In this document: positions 1-8,852 of the stretch, in pieces
Layout: each line of letters begins with the position of its first letter
Numbering within the stretch: position 1 is the stretch's first letter
Assembly: GCA_963978095.1 (NCBI GenBank)
Contig: CAXBQP010000041.1
Location: 1-27,768 of the forward strand
Source of the DNA: an uncultured bacterium
Lineage (GTDB): Bacteria; Gemmatimonadota; Gemmatimonadetes; Gemmatimonadales; Gemmatimonadaceae
Direction: 5' to 3'
Length of the DNA stretch: 27,768 bases
Program-made: the position numbers and the translations under genes
Notes under the pieces: model-generated
What the model was told of the DNA's origin: nothing
Databases searched by the model: none
The model's input: only the letters and a program-made list of their open reading frames with translations

Positions 1-425
1 AACTCGGGTGACTGATAGTCGTTGGTCTTGCCGCGCGTGATCTGCACGGTGTCCTTCTTGTCGAGCGACATCGTGAAGATGTTCCAGCCCCCGTCGCGGT
101 CACTCACGAAGGTGATCTTCTTGCCATCCGGCGAGTAGCGCGGCTGCCCATCGAACGCCATCCCCTGCGTCAGCGGCGTCGCCTTCCCGCCGGTGATGGG
201 CATCGTATAGATGTCACCGAGGAGATCGAAAACGATCGACTTCCCGTCCGGTGACACATCGAGCGACGTCCAGTTGCCGGTCTTCGTCGTGAACGAGAAG
301 GTCCGATCCGGACGGAGTGGCAATCCCTCTTGCATGGGATCGCGGGGCGGTTGGGCGCCGCGCTGGGCCAGCAACGTGACTGGGAGCGCGAGGGAGGCGA
401 GGAGCCGCAGTGGGCGCATGGCCAT
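1..425 (-). CDS. Secreted PD40/TolB-like beta-propeller repeat protein, 5' part only (probably a PD40-amidohydrolase type protein); runs off the window
   Basis: Not in the ORF track because it has no stop in the window. Manual translation from ATG 425 (alt 419): MAMRPLRLLASLALPVTLLAQRG...GNWTSLDVSPDGKSIVFDLLGDIYTMPITGGKATPLTQGMAFDGQPRYSPDGKKITFVSDRDGGWNIFTM. Signal peptide plus SPDGK PD40 repeats. Confidence 0.85.
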   Translation of the reverse strand, partial: MAMRPLRLLASLALPVTLLAQRGAQPPRDPMQEGLPLRPDRTFSFTTKTGNWTSLDVSPDGKSIVFDLLGDIYTMPITGGKATPLTQGMAFDGQPRYSPDGKKITFVSDRDGGWNIFTMSLDKKDTVQITRGKTNDYQSPE

Positions 426-605
426 GGCAGGACCAAGGGCGAGTGTGGGGATGGTGCGAGATGCTCAGAAAGTGCGACACGCCGCAGCTTTCGGCAATGT
501 GCATCTGCTGAACAGGCGCCAGCAGCACCGCCGGTCCGGCCCGCTCCCCTCCCCCACGGTGACACACCCCGGGGGTATCGAGTCGCTCGGCGCAGCAACC
601 CCGAC

Positions 606-611
606 TATCGT
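606..611 (+). promoter_or_regulatory. Putative -10 element (TATCGT) 6 nt before ATG 618; probable leaderless transcript
   Basis: TANNNT-N6-ATG geometry (TATCGT-tcttgg-ATG) with no Shine-Dalgarno upstream. Confidence 0.45.
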
Positions 612-617
612 TCTTGG

Positions 618-2084
618 ATGCCTCTCCAAAGCCACGACGCCGACGCCTCCCTCGATCCGAAGGACTGGGACGCCTTCCGAGCCCTCGCCCACCGTATGGT
701 GGACGATTCGCTCGCCTTCATTCGCGACCTCCCGCAGACGCGCCCTTGGCAGCCGATCCCCCCCGAGGTCCGCGCCTCGCTGACCGGTGAGGCTCTGCCG
801 ATGGCCCCCCAGTCGCCGGAAGCGGCCTACGCGCAGTTCCTTGAGGAAATCCTCCCCTTCACGAACGGCAACCGGCACCCCCGATTCTGGGGATGGATCC
901 AGGGAAACGGCACCCCGCTGGGCATGATGGCGGACATGCTCGCCGCCGGCATGAACGCGCATCTCGCGGGGCTGGACCAATCGCCGAAGTTGGTCGAGTT
1001 GCAGGTGATCAGGTGGCTCGCCGAGCTGATGGGGATGCCGACGACCTCGAGCGGGCTGCTCGTCAGCGGCGGATCGATGGCGAATATCCTGAGCCTCGCC
1101 GTCGCGCGACACGCCAAGGCGGGATTCGACGTTCGCACGGAAGGGCTGTACGCGCAGCCCCGGCTCACCGTCTACGCCTCGACCGAAGTCCATTCCTGGG
1201 CACAGAAAGGAGTGGAGCTCTTCGGCATGGGGAGCGCATCGCTGCGAAAAGTCCCCGTCGACGCCGATCTGCGGATTGATCTGGACGCCCTTCGCGCCAT
1301 GATTGCGGCCGATCGCGTGGCCGGGATGCGTCCCATCTGCGTGATCGGCTCGGCCGGCACCGTGAACAGCGGGGCGACCGATGACCTGCATGGGTTGGCG
1401 GATCTCTGCGCCGCCGAGTCGCTCTGGTTCCATGTCGACGGGGCATTCGGCGCGTTGGCACGGCTCTCGCCGGAGCTGGCGCCGATCGTGCATGGCATGG
1501 AGCGCGCGGATTCGCTCGCGTTCGACTTGCACAAGTGGATGTACCTCCCGTACGAGATCGCCTGCTTCCTGGTGCGCGACCCCGAGGTGCACCGCGCCAC
1601 GTTCGCGCTGACGCCGAGTTACCTGCGCGATGAAGGGCGTGGGGTGATCGCCGGCGGGATCCCGTTCGCGGATCGGGGGCCGGAGCTGACCCGCGGGTTC
1701 AAGGCGCTCAAGGTGTGGATGTCACTCAAGGCGCACGGGGTGGATGCCTTCACGGCGCTGATCGAACAGAATGTGGCGCAGGCGCGGGAGCTGGGCCGCC
1801 GGATCGCATCGATGCCGGGGCTCGCGTTGGTCACGCCCGTCACGCTCAACATCGTCTGCTTTCGCCTCGTGCGCCCCGGACTCTCGGGTGAACAGGAGGA
1901 TGCGCTCACCAAGGAACTGCTGCTCCGGCTCCAAGAGGAAGGCGTCGCGGTCCCGAGCGGGTCGCAGCTGGGCGGCCGGTACATCATCCGCGTTGCCTGT
2001 TCGAACCATCGAGCCACGTGGGCGGATTTTGAGCTATTCTTGAGCGCAGTCCAGCGGATCAGCGAAACGCTCGCTCCTCAATGA
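618..2084 (+). CDS. Group II PLP-dependent decarboxylase (aromatic-L-amino-acid/glutamate decarboxylase family)
   Basis: Motifs HPRFWGW, SGGSMAN, HVDGAFG, DLHKW (PLP lysine) and ELTRGFKALKVW. Start set at ATG 618 (MPLQSHDADASLDPKDW); the 96 upstream codons of the ORF-track call overlap the divergent gene and look non-coding. Confidence 0.92.
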   Translation: MPLQSHDADASLDPKDWDAFRALAHRMVDDSLAFIRDLPQTRPWQPIPPEVRASLTGEALPMAPQSPEAAYAQFLEEILPFTNGNRHPRFWGWIQGNGTPLGMMADMLAAGMNAHLAGLDQSPKLVELQVIRWLAELMGMPTTSSGLLVSGGSMANILSLAVARHAKAGFDVRTEGLYAQPRLTVYASTEVHSWAQKGVELFGMGSASLRKVPVDADLRIDLDALRAMIAADRVAGMRPICVIGSAGTVNSGATDDLHGLADLCAAESLWFHVDGAFGALARLSPELAPIVHGMERADSLAFDLHKWMYLPYEIACFLVRDPEVHRATFALTPSYLRDEGRGVIAGGIPFADRGPELTRGFKALKVWMSLKAHGVDAFTALIEQNVAQARELGRRIASMPGLALVTPVTLNIVCFRLVRPGLSGEQEDALTKELLLRLQEEGVAVPSGSQLGGRYIIRVACSNHRATWADFELFLSAVQRISETLAPQ

Positions 2085-2091
2085 GGTCGTC

Positions 2092-4491
2092 ATGACGATG
2101 CTCCGCCACACCGTCATCATCGCGACTGCCGCGTGTGGCGTGGCGGTCGGTGGATTCACGGCGCGGGCCAGCGGGCAATCAGTGGTCACCGCAGGCGCGG
2201 TGCGGGTGACGCTCGACGCCCATGCCACGGTGACCGCACTCTCTGATGCCACGACCGGCCGGAATCTGTTGGCGAGGGGAGAGCCGGCGCCTTTGCTGAC
2301 CGTCGTGAATGCGGGGCGCCGCTTGGCGCCGAGTTCCCTCAGGGACTCGCGCTCCGGGAGTCGCAGGACGTTGACGCTCCGGTATCAGGAGATCGGTGTC
2401 GAGATCGCCGTGCGAGTCCGCGAGGTGCAAGGGTATGTGGCGTTCGAGATCGTCAGCGCCACACCAGCGTCCGGAGTGGATGCCGTGATTTGGGGCCCCT
2501 ACCCCACCACCATCAAGGAAACGGTGGGCGAGATCATTGGTGTGGTCCGGAACGGGCAGACGGCACTTGGCCTGCAGGTCCTGAACCTGAAGACGCTGGG
2601 CGGGGACCTGCCCAACAGCGAAGGGAGCACGTGGGCACGTGGCATTACCGCGCTGGGCCGGCCGTACGGCAGCGTGCTGCAGGCCTACACCATCAATCGG
2701 GACCGCGAGCGTCGCGTCGATGCGTGGGGCGGTGTCTACAAGAACATGCTGGTCACGCGCATTCCGGGGGAAACGGTGGTCGGAAGCGCGATCGCGCTGT
2801 TCGGCTGCCCGGAACCGGAGACGCTCACGCGGCTGGAGCAGATCGAGGTCGCGGAGCATCTCCCCCATCCGACCGTCGATGGGGCCTGGATCAAGCGATC
2901 GCCCATCTACAATCGCTCGTACCTGATTTCATCCTTCGGCGAGTCCGATGTGGACGAGATGATCGGCTACACCAAGCGAGCCGGATTGTACTCGCTCTAC
3001 CACGAGGGCCCCTTCAAGAGCTGGGGACATTTTCTGCTCGACGAGCGGCAGTTCCCCAACGGGCGTGCCGGACTCAAGCGCGCCGTGGACAAAGCGCGCG
3101 CGGCCGGCATTCATTTCGGTACGCACACGCTCACGAACTTCATCAATACGAATGACCCGTACGTCACGCCCGTTCCGGACGATCGCCTCAGCGTTACGGG
3201 AGCGTCGACGCTGGTGCACGATGTGGACGCCACGCAGACGACACTCGAGGTCGCGTCTCCCGAATATTTCAATCAGGACAAGGACAACAATCTCCACGCG
3301 GTGAAGATCGGCAAGGAGATCGTCCAGTACCGCGCGGTGACCGCCAGCGCGCCGTATGCGTTGCTCGACGTCCAGCGCGGGGCCTTCGGCACCGCCGCCG
3401 CCGCGCATCGCGCCGGTGAAGCAGCCGGCAAGCTGTTCGATCACCCCTACAAGGTGTTCTTTCCCAACTTCGCCATGCAGCGCGAGGTGGCGACCAATCT
3501 GGCACAGTTCCTCAATGAGACCGGCGTCGATCACATCGACTTCGACGGCCACGAAGGGGCACTCGCCTCGGGGCAAGGGGACTATGCGCTCGCCGTCTTC
3601 GCCAAGGACGTACTCGAGCAGACGAACCACGACCTGATCAACGGGACCAGCATCAGCAAGACGTTCTACTGGCATATCGGCTCGTACTACAACTGGGGCG
3701 AGCCGTGGTACGGCGGCTTCAACGAAAGCATGCAGCAATACCGGATCGACAACCAAGGGTTGTTCGACCGGAACTTCATGCCGCACATGCTGGGGTGGTA
3801 TCTCCTCACCGAGAACACCACGCTTCCCGAGATGGAATGGATGCTCGCGCGCGCGGCCGGGTATCGCGCCGGGTTCGCCATGGTCGCGCGCCCCAAGGCG
3901 CTCCGGGGGAACCCCATCACAGGAATACTGCTCGACGCGATCCGCGAGTGGGAGGATGCCCGCACGCGGCACGCGTTCGACGCGCAGCAGGAATCGCGAT
4001 TGCAGGACCCCAAGCGCGACTTCCACCTCGAGAAGATCGGCCACGATGCCTGGGCGTTGCACGAATACGCGACGTCGCCGGTGTTCGTGCGCGAGCGGAT
4101 GGAACGTCAGCCGGGTGAACCCACGTCGAGCACATGGGAGCTCGACCAAGCGTGGAAGGAACAGCGCCTCCAGTTCCGGCTGGCGGTCACGGGAAAGAGC
4201 GGCGCGGTGCGCGCGCTGCGCCTGCAGATCGACCACTATGCGTCCGTTGTGCTGCCGCTGGAGTTGACCGCCGGCGAAAGCGTGATCTGCGATGGCAGCA
4301 CCACGATACAGCTCTACGATGCCAAGGGAAAGCGCAAAGGGTCGTTCACACTGCCGACCCTGCCCCCGGTGCTCGCTCCGGGGCACCATTCGATGCAACT
4401 GGATTCGGACTTCAGCGGCGACGACCCGCCGCGGATCGACGTGCAGTTCAAAGGCATGAGTCGGACGGAACAGGTCCGCGCCCACCCGTAA
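2092..4491 (+). CDS. Large secreted hypothetical protein (799 aa), possible glycoside-hydrolase-like TIM-barrel enzyme
   Basis: GAGG RBS. Signal peptide ending ARA/ASG, beta-rich N- and C-termini, and a central alpha/beta region with HFGTHTLTNFI, DHIDFDGHEG and WGEPWYGGF motifs. The CDS is solid; the function is an inference. Confidence 0.6.
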   Translation: MTMLRHTVIIATAACGVAVGGFTARASGQSVVTAGAVRVTLDAHATVTALSDATTGRNLLARGEPAPLLTVVNAGRRLAPSSLRDSRSGSRRTLTLRYQEIGVEIAVRVREVQGYVAFEIVSATPASGVDAVIWGPYPTTIKETVGEIIGVVRNGQTALGLQVLNLKTLGGDLPNSEGSTWARGITALGRPYGSVLQAYTINRDRERRVDAWGGVYKNMLVTRIPGETVVGSAIALFGCPEPETLTRLEQIEVAEHLPHPTVDGAWIKRSPIYNRSYLISSFGESDVDEMIGYTKRAGLYSLYHEGPFKSWGHFLLDERQFPNGRAGLKRAVDKARAAGIHFGTHTLTNFINTNDPYVTPVPDDRLSVTGASTLVHDVDATQTTLEVASPEYFNQDKDNNLHAVKIGKEIVQYRAVTASAPYALLDVQRGAFGTAAAAHRAGEAAGKLFDHPYKVFFPNFAMQREVATNLAQFLNETGVDHIDFDGHEGALASGQGDYALAVFAKDVLEQTNHDLINGTSISKTFYWHIGSYYNWGEPWYGGFNESMQQYRIDNQGLFDRNFMPHMLGWYLLTENTTLPEMEWMLARAAGYRAGFAMVARPKALRGNPITGILLDAIREWEDARTRHAFDAQQESRLQDPKRDFHLEKIGHDAWALHEYATSPVFVRERMERQPGEPTSSTWELDQAWKEQRLQFRLAVTGKSGAVRALRLQIDHYASVVLPLELTAGESVICDGSTTIQLYDAKGKRKGSFTLPTLPPVLAPGHHSMQLDSDFSGDDPPRIDVQFKGMSRTEQVRAHP

Positions 4492-4500
4492 GGAGCCCCC

Positions 4501-6051
4501 ATGCTGTCACATGTTCGCCTCTTGCGACCACTCGCCGCCGGCACCCTGCTACTTGCGGCGGCAGCCTTGCCCCACGCGACGCCGTCCGTCGATCCGGTGA
4601 TGGTCGCCAGGATCCGCGAGGAAGGACTCCAGCACTCCAACGTCATGGAGTTCGAGAGCTACATCACCGACGTCCTCGGCGCACGGCTCACGATGTCGAA
4701 CGACATGAAGCGCGCCCAGCGCTGGGTCCAAGGCGAACTCACACGCATGGGACTCGCGAATGTCGCCGCCGAACCTTACATGGATTACGGCGTCACGTGG
4801 GACAACACGTACGTCTCGCTCCATCTGCTCGAGCCGGACTACACGCCGATGGTCGGGTATCCGATTGCCCACACCGCGGGCACGGCGGGGAAGCTCGATG
4901 TGTCGGCGGTGATCGTCGACCTGCAGTCACGGGATGATCTCGCCAAGTACCGCGGCACCCTGAAGGGAAAAGCCATCTTGGTCACGCCCCCGGCCGCCGT
5001 CGACCTCGCCGTGCTCACCAACGGCGTGCCGCGGCTCACGGAGAAGGATCTCGCGGCACTCGAGCAGGTGACGATCGCGCCAACGCGGCCGGCGCCCGCT
5101 CGGACGATTCGAAATCCGGACCTGCTCAACGCCGAGGAACGAATGGCGTTCTACAAGTCCGAGGGGGTGGCGGTGGTGTTCCAGTGCGAAAGTGGCTGGC
5201 TGGGCGCGGTGCGCGGATACTCGCGCCCCGGCTCCGCGAAGGACGGCTGGTCGCGCGACGGAATGCTCAACTCGGTGCCTCTCGTGGCCATCACCCCGGA
5301 ACACTACAACCGGATGTACCGGATCCTGAAGCGCGGCATGCCGGTCAAGGTCGAGGTGGAGGTTCGCAATGCGATCGGCGACCGCGTGGAACAGGCGATG
5401 AACATCGTGGCGGAGATTCCCGGGTCGGATCTGAAAGACGAGATCGTGATGATGGGTGCCCACCTCGACACGTGGCACGCGAGCCCGAACGCGAGCGACA
5501 ACACCTCTGGCGTCGCCGTGGTGATGGAAGCCGCACGCATTCTCAAGGCCGTCGGGGCCAAGCCGCGGCGCACGATTCGCCTTGCGCTCTGGTCGGGTGA
5601 AGAACAGGGTCTCTTCGGCTCACGTGCGTACGTCCGGAAGCACTTCGGGAATCCCAAGGATTCCACGATCGGTGCGAAACCCGAGTATGAGAAACTCTCC
5701 GTCTACTTCAACCAGGACTACGGTGCCGCGCAGTACCGCGGGATCTACCTGCAAGGCAACGAGCTGGCCCGTGCACAACTCACGGCGTGGATGGAACCGT
5801 TCCGCGATCTTGGCATGACGACCGTATCGAACCAAGGGGTGGGCAGCACCGACCACGTGTCGTTCGACGAAGTCGGGCTCCCGGGCTTCCAGTTCCTGCA
5901 GGATCACACGCCGGGAACCGGTGGCCACACGAACATGGATTTCCTCGAGGGGATCCAAGCCAACGACTTGATGAAGAACGCCACCATCATGGCGTCCTAT
6001 GTGTATCACGCCGCGATGGCTGACAGCCGCATGCCACGGAAGGGCCGCTAG
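4501..6051 (+). CDS. M28 family metallopeptidase (carboxypeptidase Q/aminopeptidase-like), secreted
   Basis: AAGGAG RBS, signal peptide, zinc-ligand motifs GAHLDTW, ASDNTSG, WSGEEQGLFGS, STDHVSF and HTNMD; PA-like insert. Confidence 0.9.
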   Translation: MLSHVRLLRPLAAGTLLLAAAALPHATPSVDPVMVARIREEGLQHSNVMEFESYITDVLGARLTMSNDMKRAQRWVQGELTRMGLANVAAEPYMDYGVTWDNTYVSLHLLEPDYTPMVGYPIAHTAGTAGKLDVSAVIVDLQSRDDLAKYRGTLKGKAILVTPPAAVDLAVLTNGVPRLTEKDLAALEQVTIAPTRPAPARTIRNPDLLNAEERMAFYKSEGVAVVFQCESGWLGAVRGYSRPGSAKDGWSRDGMLNSVPLVAITPEHYNRMYRILKRGMPVKVEVEVRNAIGDRVEQAMNIVAEIPGSDLKDEIVMMGAHLDTWHASPNASDNTSGVAVVMEAARILKAVGAKPRRTIRLALWSGEEQGLFGSRAYVRKHFGNPKDSTIGAKPEYEKLSVYFNQDYGAAQYRGIYLQGNELARAQLTAWMEPFRDLGMTTVSNQGVGSTDHVSFDEVGLPGFQFLQDHTPGTGGHTNMDFLEGIQANDLMKNATIMASYVYHAAMADSRMPRKGR

Positions 6052-6083
6052 GGATATCGTTCCGCAGCACGCTCGGAGACTCC

Positions 6084-6611
6084 ATGCTGATTCGTCCCGC
6101 CCGCCTGGATGAAGTTCCGGCCCTGAACGCCCTGATCGCGCGTTCCGCACGCGCACTGAGCCGGGGGTATTACACGGAGGCTGAGACCGAGGCGTTGGTC
6201 GCGCACGTGTTCGGGGTGGACTCGCAGCTCATCCACGACGGCTCGTACTTCGTGGTGGAGCGCAACGCCGCGTTCCTTGCCTGTGGTGGATGGAGCGATC
6301 GACGTACGTTGTTCGGCGGCGACCAAACGAAGTCGGCGGAGGATCCGCGATTGGATCCTTCGTGCGAGTCCGCGCGCATCCGCGCGTTCTTCGTTGACCC
6401 CTCGTGCGCACGGAGCGGGATCGGACGCGCCCTCCTGTCGCATGCCGAAGACGCGGCGCGCGCCAAAGGATTTCATCGCGCGTCGCTCATGGCGACCTTG
6501 CCCGGTGTTCCGTTCTACGAGCGCGAAGGGTATCATGCGGTCGAACGCGTCGGGCATCGGATGCCGGACGCCACGACAGTCGCCTTCGTCCGAATGGAAC
6601 GCGCATTGTAG
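6084..6611 (+). CDS. GNAT family N-acetyltransferase
   Basis: GGAG RBS, acetyl-CoA motif FFVDPSCARSGIGRALL, and ATLPGVPFYEREGY. Confidence 0.9.
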   Translation: MLIRPARLDEVPALNALIARSARALSRGYYTEAETEALVAHVFGVDSQLIHDGSYFVVERNAAFLACGGWSDRRTLFGGDQTKSAEDPRLDPSCESARIRAFFVDPSCARSGIGRALLSHAEDAARAKGFHRASLMATLPGVPFYEREGYHAVERVGHRMPDATTVAFVRMERAL

Positions 6612-6665
6612 GCCTGCCCGATCCGTGCGTGCCCCCGACCGTCACCCCCAATCGCCGCCGCCCCC

Positions 6666-7475
6666 ATGTTGAATCGTCCTCGCGCGCTGGTCCTCGGATT
6701 CATCCTCGCGCTCACATTGCCGGTCGGCGCGCCCGTCGCGGCACAGGAGGCGGTCCCGCTCCGGGTCCTGTTCGTCGGGAACAGCTACATCTACTTCAAT
6801 GACCTCCCCAGCGTGATCGGTGATCTCGCGACGGCCGCGCATGAATCCCGCCCATTCGTTGCGGAGCAGGTGCTGGTCGGTGCCGCAACGCTCGAGCGAC
6901 ACCTCGCGCTTGGCGACGCGATGACCGCGATCCAGCGGGGCGGTTGGGATGTGGTGGTCTTGCAGGAACAGAGCACGCGCCCGATCAACAATCCGGCGCT
7001 CATGCTACGGGATGCGCGGACCCTCGCCGAGGCCGTGAAGAAAACCGGTGCGACGATCGTCTGGTATGAAACCTGGGCGAAGGAGATCGAGCCGTCGACG
7101 CAGGATTCGCTGACGCGTGGATACCATCGTGCCGCCGCGGCGACGGGCGGCCGCGTCGCACATGTGGGGGAAGCGTGGGCCGCCTTCCGCGCGGCGGAGA
7201 CGGTTGCGCCCGGCGCACATTCCGCCCTCTTCGTGACAGATGGCAGCCATCCGAGCGAAGCAGGCACCTATCTCGCCGCCTCGGTCTTCTACGCCACGCT
7301 CTATGGCAAGAGCCCCGTCGGGCTCCCCGCGACCTCACGGACCACGCGCCAACAGCCGCCGCACGGACCGCCTGCGGGTGCACCCAAGAAGGAGATTCCG
7401 AGGGACATCGCCGCGCGGCTGCAGGAGCTGGCCTGGGCTACCACGACCAGCGCCGCCGGTTCGACCGATCGGTAG
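6666..7475 (+). CDS. Secreted SGNH/GDSL-type hydrolase
   Basis: Signal peptide (PVAA-Q), block I VLFVGNSY, WDVVVLQEQS, and block V DGSHPS. Confidence 0.85.
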   Translation: MLNRPRALVLGFILALTLPVGAPVAAQEAVPLRVLFVGNSYIYFNDLPSVIGDLATAAHESRPFVAEQVLVGAATLERHLALGDAMTAIQRGGWDVVVLQEQSTRPINNPALMLRDARTLAEAVKKTGATIVWYETWAKEIEPSTQDSLTRGYHRAAAATGGRVAHVGEAWAAFRAAETVAPGAHSALFVTDGSHPSEAGTYLAASVFYATLYGKSPVGLPATSRTTRQQPPHGPPAGAPKKEIPRDIAARLQELAWATTTSAAGSTDR

Positions 7476-7505
7476 CTGGCGTGCGCCGGGATGACACCGT
7501 GGCCG

Positions 7506-8852
7506 TCAACGCGGGGAGCGCTTGTCGACCACCACGGCCCCGCCCTTCATCACCCACCGCACCTTGTTGATGGCGATGTCGATGTCGGTCAGCGGATTCC
7601 CGTCCACCGCCACGATATCCGCGTAGTAGCCGGGGGCGATCCGTCCGATCTTGTCGCCAAGTCCCAGGAGTTCGGCGCCCCCCGTGGTCGCAGCGGCGAG
7701 CGCCTGCGCCGGCGTCATCCCGGCCTTCACGAACCAGGCGAGCTCGCGCGTATTCTCGCCGAACATCCAGTACACGGCGTCCGACCCCATGGCGATCTTG
7801 ACGCCGGCCTTCACGGCGCGGCGCGCGGTTTCGAGGTTGAGGAGCCGGAACGAATCGAGTCCGGCGACCTGCTCCGGCGTGTAGCCGAGCAGCGTCGCGT
7901 TCTCCGCGTAAAAGCGGTTGTGGTCGATCGTCGGCACATAGTATGTGCCTTTGCGTGCCCACTCGGCCAGCGTGACATCGGCCATGCCGGAGACGTGCTC
8001 GACCGATTCGGCACCGGCGCGCATCGCCGCGCGGCCGCCGGTGTCGCCGTACGAATGGATCGCGATGCGGCGGCCGAGTGCGTGGGCCGCGTCCACGGCC
8101 ACCTGCATCTCCCGATCGGTGAACGTCTGGCGCCCGGTTACGTTCGCGTAGGTACCGGTGGAGCCGTACATCTTGATCCAGTCGGCGCCGGCAGCCACTT
8201 GGGTACGCACGGCCTCGGCGATATCCAGCGTGTCCACGATGCGCCCCGTGGCCGGACTGCGGGCCGGCGGCCCGCCGTTGCGACCAGCGGTTGCCCGAGA
8301 GAGCCCGTAGCCGACCACGTACATGCGTGGTCCGACCATCGCGCCCTTGTTGATCGAATCGCGCAAGGCGATATCGACGTAGTTCGACGCCCCGAGATCG
8401 CGCACCGTCGTGACGCCGGTTTCCAGCGTCTTGCGCAGATTCTCGGCGGCGAGCATCACGACGGAGTCCTTGTTCCGCGTGACGCCGGTGCCCAACGGGT
8501 TGTCACGACTGCGCCAGAACGACATGTGCGTGTGCACGTCCACCAGTCCCGGTATCGCCGTGTACGGGCGCACGTCGCGCACCGTCGCACCCTTCGGAAC
8601 CGCCCGATCCCCGGCACCGACGCTCACGATCCGATCGCCGTCCACCACGATCACGGCGTCACGAAGGATGCGTCCCGAGCCTTCCACGAGCGCACCGAAT
8701 CGGATCGCCGTCAGGTGCGCGAGTCCTGACGGCCCTGACGCCGCTTGTGCATGGACGTTCATCGTCAGAGACGCGATGAGGCTCACGGCGCGGAATGCAC
8801 GGTGGAGCGATTCGTTCGTCACAGGAGCACCCGGAGATGGGGAGAGGCGCAT
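7506..8852 (-). CDS. Metal-dependent amidohydrolase (Xaa-Pro dipeptidase-like subgroup), probably exported
   Basis: IPGLVDVHTH, GVTTVRDLG, GADWIKMY, IAIHSYG, SVEH, MGSDA and IAPGYYADIVAVDGNPL. ATG overlaps the upstream TGA (TGATG); alternative GTG at 8822. Confidence 0.9.
   Translation of the reverse strand: MRLSPSPGAPVTNESLHRAFRAVSLIASLTMNVHAQAASGPSGLAHLTAIRFGALVEGSGRILRDAVIVVDGDRIVSVGAGDRAVPKGATVRDVRPYTAIPGLVDVHTHMSFWRSRDNPLGTGVTRNKDSVVMLAAENLRKTLETGVTTVRDLGASNYVDIALRDSINKGAMVGPRMYVVGYGLSRATAGRNGGPPARSPATGRIVDTLDIAEAVRTQVAAGADWIKMYGSTGTYANVTGRQTFTDREMQVAVDAAHALGRRIAIHSYGDTGGRAAMRAGAESVEHVSGMADVTLAEWARKGTYYVPTIDHNRFYAENATLLGYTPEQVAGLDSFRLLNLETARRAVKAGVKIAMGSDAVYWMFGENTRELAWFVKAGMTPAQALAAATTGGAELLGLGDKIGRIAPGYYADIVAVDGNPLTDIDIAINKVRWVMKGGAVVVDKRSPR

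Noticed and set aside
330..617. 96-aa N-terminal extension of the decarboxylase in the ORF track
   Set aside because: Overlaps the divergent PD40 gene and intergenic region; family-like sequence starts at ATG 618.
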